From: an uncultured Candidatus Saccharibacteria bacterium
Lineage (GTDB): Bacteria; Patescibacteriota; Minisyncoccia; UBA6257; Colwellbacteraceae
Direction of reading: 5' to 3'
Assembly: GCA_964518695.1 (NCBI GenBank)
Contig: CAZFGN010000005.1
Span: forward strand, 1-37,141
Length of the DNA stretch: 37,141 bases
Position numbers and translations under genes: made by a program. Positions 14,715 through 24,369 of the stretch are shown in pieces. The notes below the pieces were generated by a model that had not been told where the DNA came from, ran no database searches, and saw only the letters and a list, made by a program, of their open reading frames with translations. Position 1 is the stretch's first letter. Every line of letters starts with the position of its first letter.

Positions 14715-15720
14715 AACGTTTTATGAATCTTGCCGCCTCATCAGGATCGATGACGTTAATCTCTATGCCTGTTCCTAATTCAAAGCCGGCAGGCGTGGTA
14801 ATTTTCGGATGAACTTCAATATGCCAGTGATAATGCTTGTTTTTGTTTTTCTTCTTTATAGGAGCAGTGTGAATGAAAAAATTGTAACCCGGATTGTTGA
14901 GAGCTTTTCCCAAATGGGCTAAAATCTTTTGTAATGCTTCTGCTACATAATCCATAGTATAAATAGGGGTGTCTTCAAAAAACGGCATATGTTTTTTGGG
15001 GAAAATCCTGATTTCAAACTCTGATCGTGAAACAAATGGCGCAAAAGCTATAGCGCCCTCATTTTCAAAAATAACCCTTTTCTTTTCCATTTTTTCCGTT
15101 TTGATTTGGAGGCAGTGAATACATATCTTATTTTCTTTAAAGTATCGTTTGGAACCATTGAGCGAATGTTCAATATCCGGCGGTACCACCGGTAGCGCTA
15201 TTATTTGATAATGAGGGTGATAAACTGAAGCTCCGGCAACGTGTCCCCAATTATGGAAAATAGATACGTAAGCAAGTTCTTTATCATTGAGGAGAGTTAA
15301 ATATCTATCACGGAATGCTTTAAAGACCAGATTAGCGTCTCGTCTCTTCAATCTTGGAAAATCTTTGTTGTGATCTCTCGTAATTACGAGTTCGTGATAC
15401 CCTACTCCTGCCATCGTAGAATAAATCCCTTTCTTTTTTAATTTGGCTTCTGTGCCGTTGTGAGTAACTGCTGGATATTTGTTAGGTACAATTTGGATTC
15501 TCCAATTTTCTCTTTTAGAAGAAAGAGGCATTGCAGATTCTTTATAAAGAGCGATTAAGCTTCCCCCACCAGCTTTTACCGGATCTTCAAAGGGGCAATC
15601 ACTTTTATGAGTTTTACGCCGTTCCCTTTTTTTCGTGAATTGTCCGAGTCTTTTGGCCCTCCCGGGGGCAATTAAAATCCAGTCACCGGAAATCAAATCT
15701 TGTCTTAGCTCACTATTCAT
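14707..15720 (-). CDS. galT: Galactose-1-phosphate uridylyltransferase family (HIT superfamily) nucleotidyltransferase
   Basis: N-terminal RQDLISGDWILIAPGRAKR and the active site HPHYQI (HxHxQ). The usual CxxC zinc motif reads CPFE here. Confidence 0.8.
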   Translation of the reverse strand: MNSELRQDLISGDWILIAPGRAKRLGQFTKKRERRKTHKSDCPFEDPVKAGGGSLIALYKESAMPLSSKRENWRIQIVPNKYPAVTHNGTEAKLKKKGIYSTMAGVGYHELVITRDHNKDFPRLKRRDANLVFKAFRDRYLTLLNDKELAYVSIFHNWGHVAGASVYHPHYQIIALPVVPPDIEHSLNGSKRYFKENKICIHCLQIKTEKMEKKRVIFENEGAIAFAPFVSRSEFEIRIFPKKHMPFFEDTPIYTMDYVAEALQKILAHLGKALNNPGYNFFIHTAPIKKKNKNKHYHWHIEVHPKITTPAGFELGTGIEINVIDPDEAARFIKRYV

Positions 15721-15752
15721 GAAAAATGGAAATATTAAAAATTATTGACTCC

Positions 15753-17552
15753 TTATTCATTCTTAATTCTATTTATAGAGTACCATCTAAAAACATCCTC
15801 CGCTATTGGTACAGCGTTCAAACTGCCCTCCTTTGCATCCTCTATTAATACCAAAATGGCGATTTGAGGATCGGCTGCTGGAGCATAACCAACGAATAAG
15901 GCATTAGTTTTAGTATTATTGGTTGTTTGAGCGCTACCGGTTTTCGCGGCTACTTTCAAGGGTAGGTTAGATAGAAGATGAGCAGTGCCGTAAGTTTCTG
16001 AAACAGCGTCCTCCATACCATGTCTTACTTCTTTGAGTTTTGTCTCCAGGTAAGATATATCAAAAAGCAACTTTTCTTCTCCGATCTTAAGATGAGGAAC
16101 GTATACCTTGCCATGATTCGCGATGGCAGTTATGGCGTTAAGGAGCTGGAGAGGAGTAACGGTAACGTCTCCCTGGCCTATAGCAACGTTGTAAGTATCG
16201 CCCAGCCTCCAAGGGGAACCAGTTCGCTTTTCTTTGTTCTGCGGATCCGGGAGAAATCCCGAGGCTTCACTAGGTAAATCTATATCAGTTTTCTTGCCAA
16301 AACCAAATTTTTCCCAATAAGATTTTAATCTCTCTATGCCCAAACCTGATAGATTTCCGAAACCGCCTACAGTTTCATAAAAATACACATTGGAGGATCT
16401 CGCTAAAGCAGAATATAAATCAACGAGGCCGTGCGCTTTCCAATCAACGAAACGGCTCGGTTTATCTGGGTAATAAGGGTTTGGTATTTCTATGTAGCCA
16501 GCTGAAAAAACCTGATATTGAGGAGAAACTATGCCTTCCTCAAGAATCGCTGTAGCATGAACAGGTTTAATCGTGGAACCCGGATTGTAAACACCTGACA
16601 CAGCTCTGTTAAATAAGGGCTTATCGGGATTTGAAAGATAATCGGCGATTTTGTTTGGATCAAAACTTGGCAAACTCATAAGCGCGAGGATCTCGCCATT
16701 TTTAGGATTAAATGCCAAACCAACGCCTGCGGTTCTTCCTAACGATTGCAGACCTCTCATGAAGCGGTTATAGAAATACTCCTGGAGGTCATAATCTATC
16801 GTAGTTTGAAGTTTATTTCCCTGTTTAGGCTCACTTACAACTTCAGTGTCTTCTATTTCCCCTTGGGCGTTTTTATAGAAAATTTTCGCGCCGTCTTTAC
16901 CTTTTAGAATTTCGTCGTAGTAAGCCTCAAGACCAGATCGTCCTCTTGAAACATTGTCATCTTCGTTTAAACCAACAAACCCTAGTATATGGCTAAGCGA
17001 CTCACTCAAATATTTCCTTTTGTAACCATCCTCTATGTAAAAAGATTCAAGATTTAAGCTTTTTATATCAATGACTTGTTTAACCTCTATATCCCTTTTT
17101 ATTACTATACTTGGAGAACTTTCTAAATCATGAGCGGCGACTAATTTCAAGATTTTCTCTCTCGTGAGTCCTAATATTTCTTCCGCGTCTTTCAAAATAT
17201 CTTCTTCTTCCCCATATTTAACCATCAAGGAGATGTCCAGTATAACGTTGAAGACAGGTTCATTAAAAACAAGATCCTTGCCATATCTATCTGTTATGGG
17301 ACCTCGCGCGGCAACTGATTTCACTTCTTGATTAACATTACGAGCCGCTAAACCGATGTAATGCTCATGTTTTATCCCCCCTAAAAAGATGATTCTTGCT
17401 AAAATAACCGCGATGATTAATGTAGATATATAAAATACGCTTTTAAATACGCGAGCTTTTAACGGTAGTTCTTTGAAGCCCAATTCTTCAGTTGCCTCCT
17501 CTCGTATAACCTCGTCAAGATCTACAGTTCGACGTTTTATCTTTTTAGCCAT
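15753..17552 (-). CDS. mrdA: Penicillin-binding protein 2 (class B transpeptidase)
   Basis: N-terminal TM segment and dimerisation domain. Motifs STIKP (SxxK), SSN and KTGSA. It lies directly downstream of mreBCD. Confidence 0.92.
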   Translation of the reverse strand: MAKKIKRRTVDLDEVIREEATEELGFKELPLKARVFKSVFYISTLIIAVILARIIFLGGIKHEHYIGLAARNVNQEVKSVAARGPITDRYGKDLVFNEPVFNVILDISLMVKYGEEEDILKDAEEILGLTREKILKLVAAHDLESSPSIVIKRDIEVKQVIDIKSLNLESFYIEDGYKRKYLSESLSHILGFVGLNEDDNVSRGRSGLEAYYDEILKGKDGAKIFYKNAQGEIEDTEVVSEPKQGNKLQTTIDYDLQEYFYNRFMRGLQSLGRTAGVGLAFNPKNGEILALMSLPSFDPNKIADYLSNPDKPLFNRAVSGVYNPGSTIKPVHATAILEEGIVSPQYQVFSAGYIEIPNPYYPDKPSRFVDWKAHGLVDLYSALARSSNVYFYETVGGFGNLSGLGIERLKSYWEKFGFGKKTDIDLPSEASGFLPDPQNKEKRTGSPWRLGDTYNVAIGQGDVTVTPLQLLNAITAIANHGKVYVPHLKIGEEKLLFDISYLETKLKEVRHGMEDAVSETYGTAHLLSNLPLKVAAKTGSAQTTNNTKTNALFVGYAPAADPQIAILVLIEDAKEGSLNAVPIAEDVFRWYSINRIKNE

Positions 17553-17974
17553 AATTTATTCAGAAATTTATATATGCCGAAACTTAATAAGATGATTAAA
17601 ATGTTATAAGAAAACTCTAAAATCACTCGCCAAAATTCGAAGTCAAGAATATTTATAATAAAAGTTGCGGTTAAGAGGGCTAGTGTTAGATTAATTAATT
17701 TAGGGAAGGGAAATTTATCGGTAATCATCACTCCCACGCAAGAACTAACAATAAATAAAATGTTTTGCGTTTCCAATCCGCTACCAAATTTCAACATCAA
17801 CGCAGATATAAAAATTAAAATGGATCTCTCGAGCCAATTTGTATATGTGCTGGAAAAAATGAGCAACAAAATTAAAACAATATTCGGTTTCACACCGTAG
17901 ATAGAGGCTACGCTTGTGAATTGTGTAAGTGCTCCCAAAACTATAACTATGATACTAACGATGAACCGAAACAT
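17537..17974 (-). CDS. mreD: Rod shape-determining protein MreD (putative)
   Basis: 145-aa polytopic membrane protein between mreC and mrdA. The call rests mainly on position and topology. Confidence 0.65.
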   Translation of the reverse strand: MFRFIVSIIVIVLGALTQFTSVASIYGVKPNIVLILLLIFSSTYTNWLERSILIFISALMLKFGSGLETQNILFIVSSCVGVMITDKFPFPKLINLTLALLTATFIINILDFEFWRVILEFSYNILIILLSFGIYKFLNKLWLKR

Positions 17975-18620
17975 CTCTTAATTCGTCAAGTAGAATGACT
18001 GGCCGCACCTCCGCTTCTTGGAAGGGCGTATCAGTGTTTTTCTTTATGTTTTTTATTCTTCCTATTTCTAAACCATAAGGCAAGTCGGGGCTCGCGCTAA
18101 TTACCATATCCCCCTCTTTAATTTCAGCGTTTCCTTTGACGAACTTAATTTTCGGATTTAGCCCGCCTTCGAGTAAGCCATCGATTTCTTTTTCTCCAAT
18201 TCTTACGGCAACAACCCAATCTGAATCATAGATGGTACTAACTACGCTTAACGACCCTAAAACTTCATTTATCTTTCCTACGAGAACCTTTTGACCAAAG
18301 GTTACAGCATCGCCTTTTTTGAACCCCATATTTTCGCCTCCAGCTATACTTATGTCTTTCCTGCCATTAAAAGGGTAAGTAGAATACACCTTAACGCTTT
18401 TATTAGTTGGATCTACGACGGCATTAAGAATCTTACTCCGTAAAGCTTCATTTTCTTCCTGGAGTTCATGAACCCTTTCTCTTAATTGATTTCCCGGAAT
18501 TAAGCTGTTTAATATACTACTCGTTAAACCGCTACCTTGAAATTTTATAGTAGCAAAGTCCTTATACATGATTAAGGCGACCACTACAAATAAAATTATT
18601 AAACCATAGAAATACTTCAT
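17955..18620 (-). CDS. mreC: Rod shape-determining protein MreC
   Basis: N-terminal anchor, coiled coil (RERVHELQEENEALRSK), then a beta-rich domain with GDAVTF...VGKI and GDMVISA motifs. It follows mreB. Confidence 0.85.
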   Translation of the reverse strand: MKYFYGLIILFVVVALIMYKDFATIKFQGSGLTSSILNSLIPGNQLRERVHELQEENEALRSKILNAVVDPTNKSVKVYSTYPFNGRKDISIAGGENMGFKKGDAVTFGQKVLVGKINEVLGSLSVVSTIYDSDWVVAVRIGEKEIDGLLEGGLNPKIKFVKGNAEIKEGDMVISASPDLPYGLEIGRIKNIKKNTDTPFQEAEVRPVILLDELRDVSVHR

Positions 18621-19663
18621 AAGTTAACTGACTTAGGTTTTTGCTGATTAGAAAGTATTGGTTCATACTTTCGGATGTCTTCAATAATAATTCCCAAGCC
18701 CCTTACCACACAAGTTAAAGGATCATCGACTACATCAGTTTTCACGGCAATCTCTTTTTCAATATATTTGTCCAAGCCCTTCAATAAACTACCACCGCCG
18801 GATAAGTGTATCCCCCTTTGGAGTACATCTCCTACAAGCTCTGGCGGAGCCTCTTCAATTAAAGCCCTGATCTCATCGGCTAAAGTTTTTAGAGATCTGT
18901 GGATAGCGGTTCTAATGTGGGTACCCTTGACTAAAACTTCCTTAGGTAATCCAGTAGTCATATCTCGACCCCTCACCGCCATTTCCATTTTCTCATCCGT
19001 GCTTACAGCCGAACCTATATTAATTTTTAACTCTTCCGCCGTTGGTTCCCCTATAAAAAGTTTGAACTCGTCTCTAATGTATTTGATTATATCTTCATTA
19101 AACTTCTGACCGGCAATTTTAAGGCTTTTTGAGGTAACTATGCCACCAACGGATATAATCGCAATCTCCGCAGTTCCTCCACCTATGTCAATCACCATAT
19201 TGGCAGTTGGCTCTTCGACGGGCAATCTGGCGCCAATCGCGGAGGCAATAGGCTCTTCGACTAAAAGAACATTGGATACGCCAGCTGAAATCACGGCATC
19301 TTCTACAGACTTGCGTTCTACCTCTGTGAGGTTAGCGGGAACGCTTATGGCGGCAAGGTGGTATCGAGAAATAAAACGATTTTCATTAGCTCTACTTAAG
19401 AAATATTTAAGGATTTCTTGAGTTGTCTCAAAATCAGAAATCACCCCAGACATAAGAGGTTGAATGAGGCTAATATGAGCAGGCGTTCTGTCAAGCATTT
19501 TTTTGGCATCGTGCCCTATCGCTAAAATTTGACTAGTCCTTACATTTACGGCAACAAGCGTCGGTTCATTCACCACTATTCCTTGCCCTTGCAGATAAAC
19601 AAGGGAGTTTGCTGTTCCTAAATCAATGCCTACGTTTTTATAAAATTTGTCTAAGAAACTCAT
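18617..19663 (-). CDS. mreB: Rod shape-determining protein MreB (paralog 1)
   Basis: Actin-fold motifs GIDLGTANSLVY, VVNEPTLVA, VIDIGGGTAEIA and IHLSGGGSLLKGLD. Confidence 0.95.
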   Translation of the reverse strand: MSFLDKFYKNVGIDLGTANSLVYLQGQGIVVNEPTLVAVNVRTSQILAIGHDAKKMLDRTPAHISLIQPLMSGVISDFETTQEILKYFLSRANENRFISRYHLAAISVPANLTEVERKSVEDAVISAGVSNVLLVEEPIASAIGARLPVEEPTANMVIDIGGGTAEIAIISVGGIVTSKSLKIAGQKFNEDIIKYIRDEFKLFIGEPTAEELKINIGSAVSTDEKMEMAVRGRDMTTGLPKEVLVKGTHIRTAIHRSLKTLADEIRALIEEAPPELVGDVLQRGIHLSGGGSLLKGLDKYIEKEIAVKTDVVDDPLTCVVRGLGIIIEDIRKYEPILSNQQKPKSVNL

Positions 19664-19674
19664 AATTAATCAAT

Positions 19675-20697
19675 TTATATAAGATTTATTATATCTTTCA
19701 CAGTGACTATAACCATTAGTAGTATAAGTATCGCGAACCCAACTGTATGTGCAATAGCTTGAACTTTATAGTTAAGCTTGCTACCGGATAATTTCTCATA
19801 AAGAATAAAGAAAAGTCTTCCTCCATCTAGAGCTGGAAATGGAATCATGTTGATGGCAGTAAGGTTCAAGGAAATGAGACTCAATATTTGCAATAGATAT
19901 ACTACTCCCAATTTACTAGCCGTACCAAGGAAATTAAAAATACCAATAGGACCGGTAACTCCAGCGGTTGCTTGCCAATTGCCAGTAAGTAAACCGGTTA
20001 CCAGTTTAAATAAATTTACAAAGATAGTCCCTAATATTTTAAGAGACGCTTTACCTCCTTCGTATAGCGCCTCGGTGATGCTGTGCTTAGGGATACCGCC
20101 ATCAATCAAAGATACACCAAGTGGTCCTTCTCCTAATGGCGGATTTACTCGAGGTATCGCCTTAATTATTAATTTTCTATTTTCTCTTACTACATTAAGA
20201 TCGATCTCGTTGCCGCGATTTTGATTAACGAAAGAGGTAAATTCAGAAACGTTATTAAAACCTTTTAACTCATCGCCCTCCTTAAGTCCTACTAAAGCCG
20301 CGGGGCTCTCTTTCGACACTTGACCAATAAAGACTGTGGGAGCTACTCCTATCATAAATACCATCGAAATCGCAAACCAGCCGATTATGAAATTCATTAT
20401 GGCCCCAGCGGCCACTATCAAACTTTTCTTCGATGCGGGTAGACTTTCGAAACTTCTCTCTTTTTCGAGGATTTCTTCCGAGTGATCCTCGCCATATATT
20501 TTTACGAATCCACCAAAAGGAATGGCATTCAAAGTGTAAACTGTTTCCCCTATTTTCTTTTTTAGGAGGCGAGGAGGAAAACCAAACCCAAACTCCTCCA
20601 CCTTCAGCTTGAACCATTTAGCAACAGTGAAATGACCTAATTCATGGCCGACTATTAGTATCCCCAGAAATACGATGGCAATAATAAGAGTTTCCAT
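19675..20697 (-). CDS. rseP: RIP (site-2) zinc metalloprotease, M50 family
   Basis: HELGHF zinc motif in TM1, a central PDZ-like segment and a C-terminal NMIPFPALDGG motif. Confidence 0.9.
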   Translation of the reverse strand: METLIIAIVFLGILIVGHELGHFTVAKWFKLKVEEFGFGFPPRLLKKKIGETVYTLNAIPFGGFVKIYGEDHSEEILEKERSFESLPASKKSLIVAAGAIMNFIIGWFAISMVFMIGVAPTVFIGQVSKESPAALVGLKEGDELKGFNNVSEFTSFVNQNRGNEIDLNVVRENRKLIIKAIPRVNPPLGEGPLGVSLIDGGIPKHSITEALYEGGKASLKILGTIFVNLFKLVTGLLTGNWQATAGVTGPIGIFNFLGTASKLGVVYLLQILSLISLNLTAINMIPFPALDGGRLFFILYEKLSGSKLNYKVQAIAHTVGFAILILLMVIVTVKDIINLI

Positions 20698-21233
20698 TAC
20701 AAGCTAGAAATTTCTTCTATTTTATCTTTCACAAACGTATCAATAGTCTCATTAAATTGATTTACTTTCTTCTGTAGTTCTTCTTTTAGTTTAAATTTTA
20801 TATCTTTGTCCGATTCTTCGTTTATTTTTTTATTGACGGTATCCCTTACTATTCTCATCCTGATGCGCACCTCCTCCGCAGTGGATTTCACGATTTTAGT
20901 TAGTTCTTCCCTCCTTTCATTCGTGGCTTCCGGAAGTTTAACTCTTACCGCATTCTCATAAGTAGAAACACTTACTCCAAGATTCGCGCTTTCAATAGCA
21001 TGAGCAGCCTCTCCAATTGCGCCTTTATCCCAAAGAGTTATTACTAAACCTCTGGGCAATTCTATCGTTATGCTTCCAAGCTCTTTAACGCGAATATCTT
21101 CACCCATATAATTCACCCGTATATTTTCAATCAATTTAGGATTAGGCCTATTGGTTCTTAAGATAGCCAGCTCTTCTCTAAAAAAGCTTAAGAGAGAGTC
21201 AATTTCATTTTGGAATTCTTTTAGGTAGTCCAT
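20697..21233 (-). CDS. frr: Ribosome recycling factor
   Basis: 178 aa. LRTNRPNPKLIENIRV, ESANLGVSV and KLPEATNERREEL match RRF. Confidence 0.95.
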   Translation of the reverse strand: MDYLKEFQNEIDSLLSFFREELAILRTNRPNPKLIENIRVNYMGEDIRVKELGSITIELPRGLVITLWDKGAIGEAAHAIESANLGVSVSTYENAVRVKLPEATNERREELTKIVKSTAEEVRIRMRIVRDTVNKKINEESDKDIKFKLKEELQKKVNQFNETIDTFVKDKIEEISSL

Positions 21234-22066
21234 AGTAATCCTGCCGTAAGTTGTAACTTTTTATTAACGCTAAATTGTGACATAAGAGATAGTCTTTTTA
21301 AAATAGGTAGTAACTTTAAATGATTCCCATCAATATCTTTTGACATATTGGCAATAAGCTCGGTAAGGAAAAGTTTCAGCTTGTCTTTATTTTCGGGATC
21401 AACAAGTTTTCTGAAAATGGAAGATTGTGAAGCTTTACTATTCAAAAATTTTTCTACTTCTTTATTGATTGAAAACCAATTCCTATCTGTTGCTATAGTA
21501 TTCGCCCTACCAATACGACCAAAAGATAAAGCGGCAATTTGAGAGGCCTTTTTAATCTCTAATTTCATTTCTTTCAAACAATATTCTTTTATCATGTCGG
21601 TAGAGGCTCTTTTAAAGTAAACTTTTTGAAACCTGGATTGGAGGGTGTTAAGGAGAGATTCTGGATTGCTCACGATAAGAATAATAAGCCCCGCCTTTGG
21701 TGGTTCTTCGGCTATTTTTAGAATAGAGTTTTGCGCTTGAGGGGTTATATCTCCCCCATCGTCAATCACAACCAGTCTTCTCTTTGATCTTACCGGTTTA
21801 GCATAAAGAAATCTTTTAATGCCCCTCACCGCATCGATTCCTATTGAGCCATCACTTTTTTTAAAATCTGGCCTGATCATCATTAACTCGTTTAGGATGG
21901 TTTTCGGTTCTTCGAACTTGCCAAATTCTAGAAAGTTTCCTAAGTATCGCGCGAAAGTAGCCTTACCGACGTTTGGCTCACCAAAAAATATGTAGCTGTG
22001 AAAAAGATTATCCGTTTCAGCCAGATTTTTAAAAACCTTTATTAAATTGTCGTGTCCTAGAAGCAT
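21221..22066 (-). CDS. holB: DNA polymerase III delta-prime-like AAA+ clamp-loader subunit
   Basis: 281 aa. HSYIFFGEPNVGKATFA (degenerate P-loop), VVIDDGGDIT, ILKIAEEPP and LQSRFQ (SRC-like) motifs. Confidence 0.75.
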   Translation of the reverse strand: MLLGHDNLIKVFKNLAETDNLFHSYIFFGEPNVGKATFARYLGNFLEFGKFEEPKTILNELMMIRPDFKKSDGSIGIDAVRGIKRFLYAKPVRSKRRLVVIDDGGDITPQAQNSILKIAEEPPKAGLIILIVSNPESLLNTLQSRFQKVYFKRASTDMIKEYCLKEMKLEIKKASQIAALSFGRIGRANTIATDRNWFSINKEVEKFLNSKASQSSIFRKLVDPENKDKLKLFLTELIANMSKDIDGNHLKLLPILKRLSLMSQFSVNKKLQLTAGLLWTT

Positions 22067-22069
22067 GAA

Positions 22070-23077
22070 TTAGTTTTTATTTAATAGTGTTCGTTTATAG
22101 ACATCGAGATGTTCCAAGATTATACCCGTTCCCTTGGCTACGCAGAGTATCGGATCTTCAGCAATATACATTTCCACGCCTAATAATCTTTTGAAGAATT
22201 CGTCTATATTTCTTAAGCTGGCGCTGCCCCCCGAAAGGATCACGCCTTTTTCCATAACATCGGCAATTAATTCGGGTGGAGTTTCGTTAAAAACAGAAGA
22301 AGCAGAAGCAATAATCTCACAGAGGTGTGGGTTTAAGGCTTCAGCAACCTCGTTGGAGTTTATGATTAGATCTTTAGGTAGCCCGGAAATCAAACTTCTA
22401 CCCCGAAATTGAAATTCTATCTTGTTTTTTATGGGGAGCGCCGAGCCTGCGCCTATTTTTATAGCTTCTGCTGTTCGTTCTCCAATCGAAACCGAATATT
22501 TTTTCTTCACATAATTAATTATCGCGGCATCAAATTTATTACCCGCTACTCTCAAACTAGACCAACAAACGATGCCTCCCAAAGAAATGATTGCTACCTC
22601 TGAAGTACCGCCACCTATATTAATAATCATGTTACCAGAAGAGGAATTGATAGTTACTCCGGCACCTAAAGATGCTAAAAGCGGCTCTCTTACAATATAA
22701 GCATTTTTGGCCCCGGCTTCTTTGGCGGCGTTAACGACGGCTCTTCTTTCGGTAGCAGTTATCCCAGCGGGCACCGAAATAACCACATCGGGTTTGAACA
22801 AATTCCATTTACCTACGGCCTTACTAATGAAATACTTAAGCATCGCTCTAGTTATGTAGTAATCAGCTATAACACCATCCTTTAAAGGACGGTAAGCCAC
22901 AATATCTCCTGGTGTTCTCCCAATCATTTCTTTAGCTTCCGCGCCAACTGCCATAACCGTATTCTCCGGCAAGCTCAAAGCCACGATTGTCGATTCATTA
23001 ACAATAAATCCCTTCCCTGGGACAAAAACTACCGTATTAGTTGTTCCTAAATCAATGCCTATTTTTTTTACTAACAT
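22070..23077 (-). CDS. mreB: MreB/Mbl actin-like protein (paralog 2)
   Basis: GIDLGTTNTVVF, IVNESTIVA, IINIGGGTSEVA and VILSGGSASLRNID. It is collinear with paralog 1. Confidence 0.93.
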   Translation of the reverse strand: MLVKKIGIDLGTTNTVVFVPGKGFIVNESTIVALSLPENTVMAVGAEAKEMIGRTPGDIVAYRPLKDGVIADYYITRAMLKYFISKAVGKWNLFKPDVVISVPAGITATERRAVVNAAKEAGAKNAYIVREPLLASLGAGVTINSSSGNMIINIGGGTSEVAIISLGGIVCWSSLRVAGNKFDAAIINYVKKKYSVSIGERTAEAIKIGAGSALPIKNKIEFQFRGRSLISGLPKDLIINSNEVAEALNPHLCEIIASASSVFNETPPELIADVMEKGVILSGGSASLRNIDEFFKRLLGVEMYIAEDPILCVAKGTGIILEHLDVYKRTLLNKN

Positions 23078-24349
23078 TTATTCAATCCTTTGTATGTCAG
23101 CTCCAAGTAGTTGGAGGCGTTCTTCTAGCTTCTCGTATCCCCTATCTATCTGTTCCGCATCATGTAGTACACTCCTACCTTTGGCTATTAAAGCCGCTAT
23201 AACAAGTGTGGCCCCGGCTCTTAAGTCAAGACTTTTCACATTGGCCCCATGAAGCGGAGTTTTGCCAAAAATTAAAGCGCGGTGCTGATCTAAAATCTTT
23301 GCCTTGGCACCCATCTTAGCTAACTCTTTAAGGTATCTTAGCCTGCCTTCATACAAGGTGTCAAAAATCAAAGTTTCTCCTTTGCTTTGAGTGGCAAGCA
23401 CTCCGAAAGGGGCCTGTAAATCGGTCGGAAAACCAGGATAAGGAAGAGTTTGGATTTTCGCGCTTTTGAGTTTCTGGTCGCGCTTTATGAATATATCTTG
23501 ATTTTTAACTTCGACACTGGCTCCGAATTCCCGTAATTTATAAATAGGCGCCGCCAAATATTGAATCGGAGCATTCTTAATAGAAATATTTCCTCCTGAA
23601 AGAATGCTCAAGACCATAAAAGTACCTGCTTCTATGGAATCATTTATTACTGTGTGAGCGATCTCCTTAACACTTGTATATGATCTCTTGATGCCTTTCA
23701 TCCTGATATTATGCGTGCCTAAACCGGTCATTTCCGCGCCTAATAACGAGAGAAAATTTCCTAAATCTTGAACATGTGGTTCGGCGGCGGAGAGATCTAT
23801 CTCTAACGCAGGCAAGCAGACGCCAAACATCATCAGGTTCTCTGTCGCGGTAACACTAAATTCTTTAAGCACTACTTTTGAAGGCTTTTTAAGAGCAGAA
23901 AATTTCAGTCGGTAGATATCTCTAGATTGATCGTAGGCAATGCTCGCTCCCAAATCAACCAGTGCTTCAAGATGGGCATCCAGTGATCTCACGCCGATAC
24001 TACAGCCGCCTGGAGTTCCAATATCAAACCTGCCAAACCTGGCTAAGAGCGGGCCTACAAGAAGGATGGAAGATCTTATCCTTCGAACTAGGTGCATATC
24101 TATTTTGGAAGGATCAATATCGCGATTCACCACGCGTATTGTTGATTTATCAAGCCAAGAAACAGCCGACCCCATACTTTCAAGGATTGAAAGTAAAGTT
24201 AAAACGTCTCCAATTCTCGGCACATTTTTTATAACACAAGGTCTATTTGTTAAGAGGGTCGCCGAAATTATAGGCGTAGCGGCGTTTTTTGATCCCAAAA
24301 CCGTTATAGAACCATTAAGTTTATTACCCCCGTTTACAACGAATTTCAT
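23078..24349 (-). CDS. murA: UDP-N-acetylglucosamine 1-carboxyvinyltransferase
   Basis: 423 aa. GSKNAATPII, catalytic-Cys loop PGGCSIGVRSLD, and YPGFPTDLQAPF. Confidence 0.96.
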   Translation of the reverse strand: MKFVVNGGNKLNGSITVLGSKNAATPIISATLLTNRPCVIKNVPRIGDVLTLLSILESMGSAVSWLDKSTIRVVNRDIDPSKIDMHLVRRIRSSILLVGPLLARFGRFDIGTPGGCSIGVRSLDAHLEALVDLGASIAYDQSRDIYRLKFSALKKPSKVVLKEFSVTATENLMMFGVCLPALEIDLSAAEPHVQDLGNFLSLLGAEMTGLGTHNIRMKGIKRSYTSVKEIAHTVINDSIEAGTFMVLSILSGGNISIKNAPIQYLAAPIYKLREFGASVEVKNQDIFIKRDQKLKSAKIQTLPYPGFPTDLQAPFGVLATQSKGETLIFDTLYEGRLRYLKELAKMGAKAKILDQHRALIFGKTPLHGANVKSLDLRAGATLVIAALIAKGRSVLHDAEQIDRGYEKLEERLQLLGADIQRIE

Positions 24350-24369
24350 CTCACCTATTATAGATAATA

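Noticed and set aside
14707-15720. The GalT-like protein has CPFE instead of the CPFC zinc motif
   Set aside because: This is a single-residue deviation in a family with known zinc-site variability, and the active site HPHYQI is intact. It is not enough to claim an altered function.
20282-20617. Same-strand overlapping 111-aa ORF inside rseP, rich in W, R and G
   Set aside because: It is an alternative frame of a well-supported M50 protease gene. It has no start context or recognisable domain. I treat it as a frame artefact.
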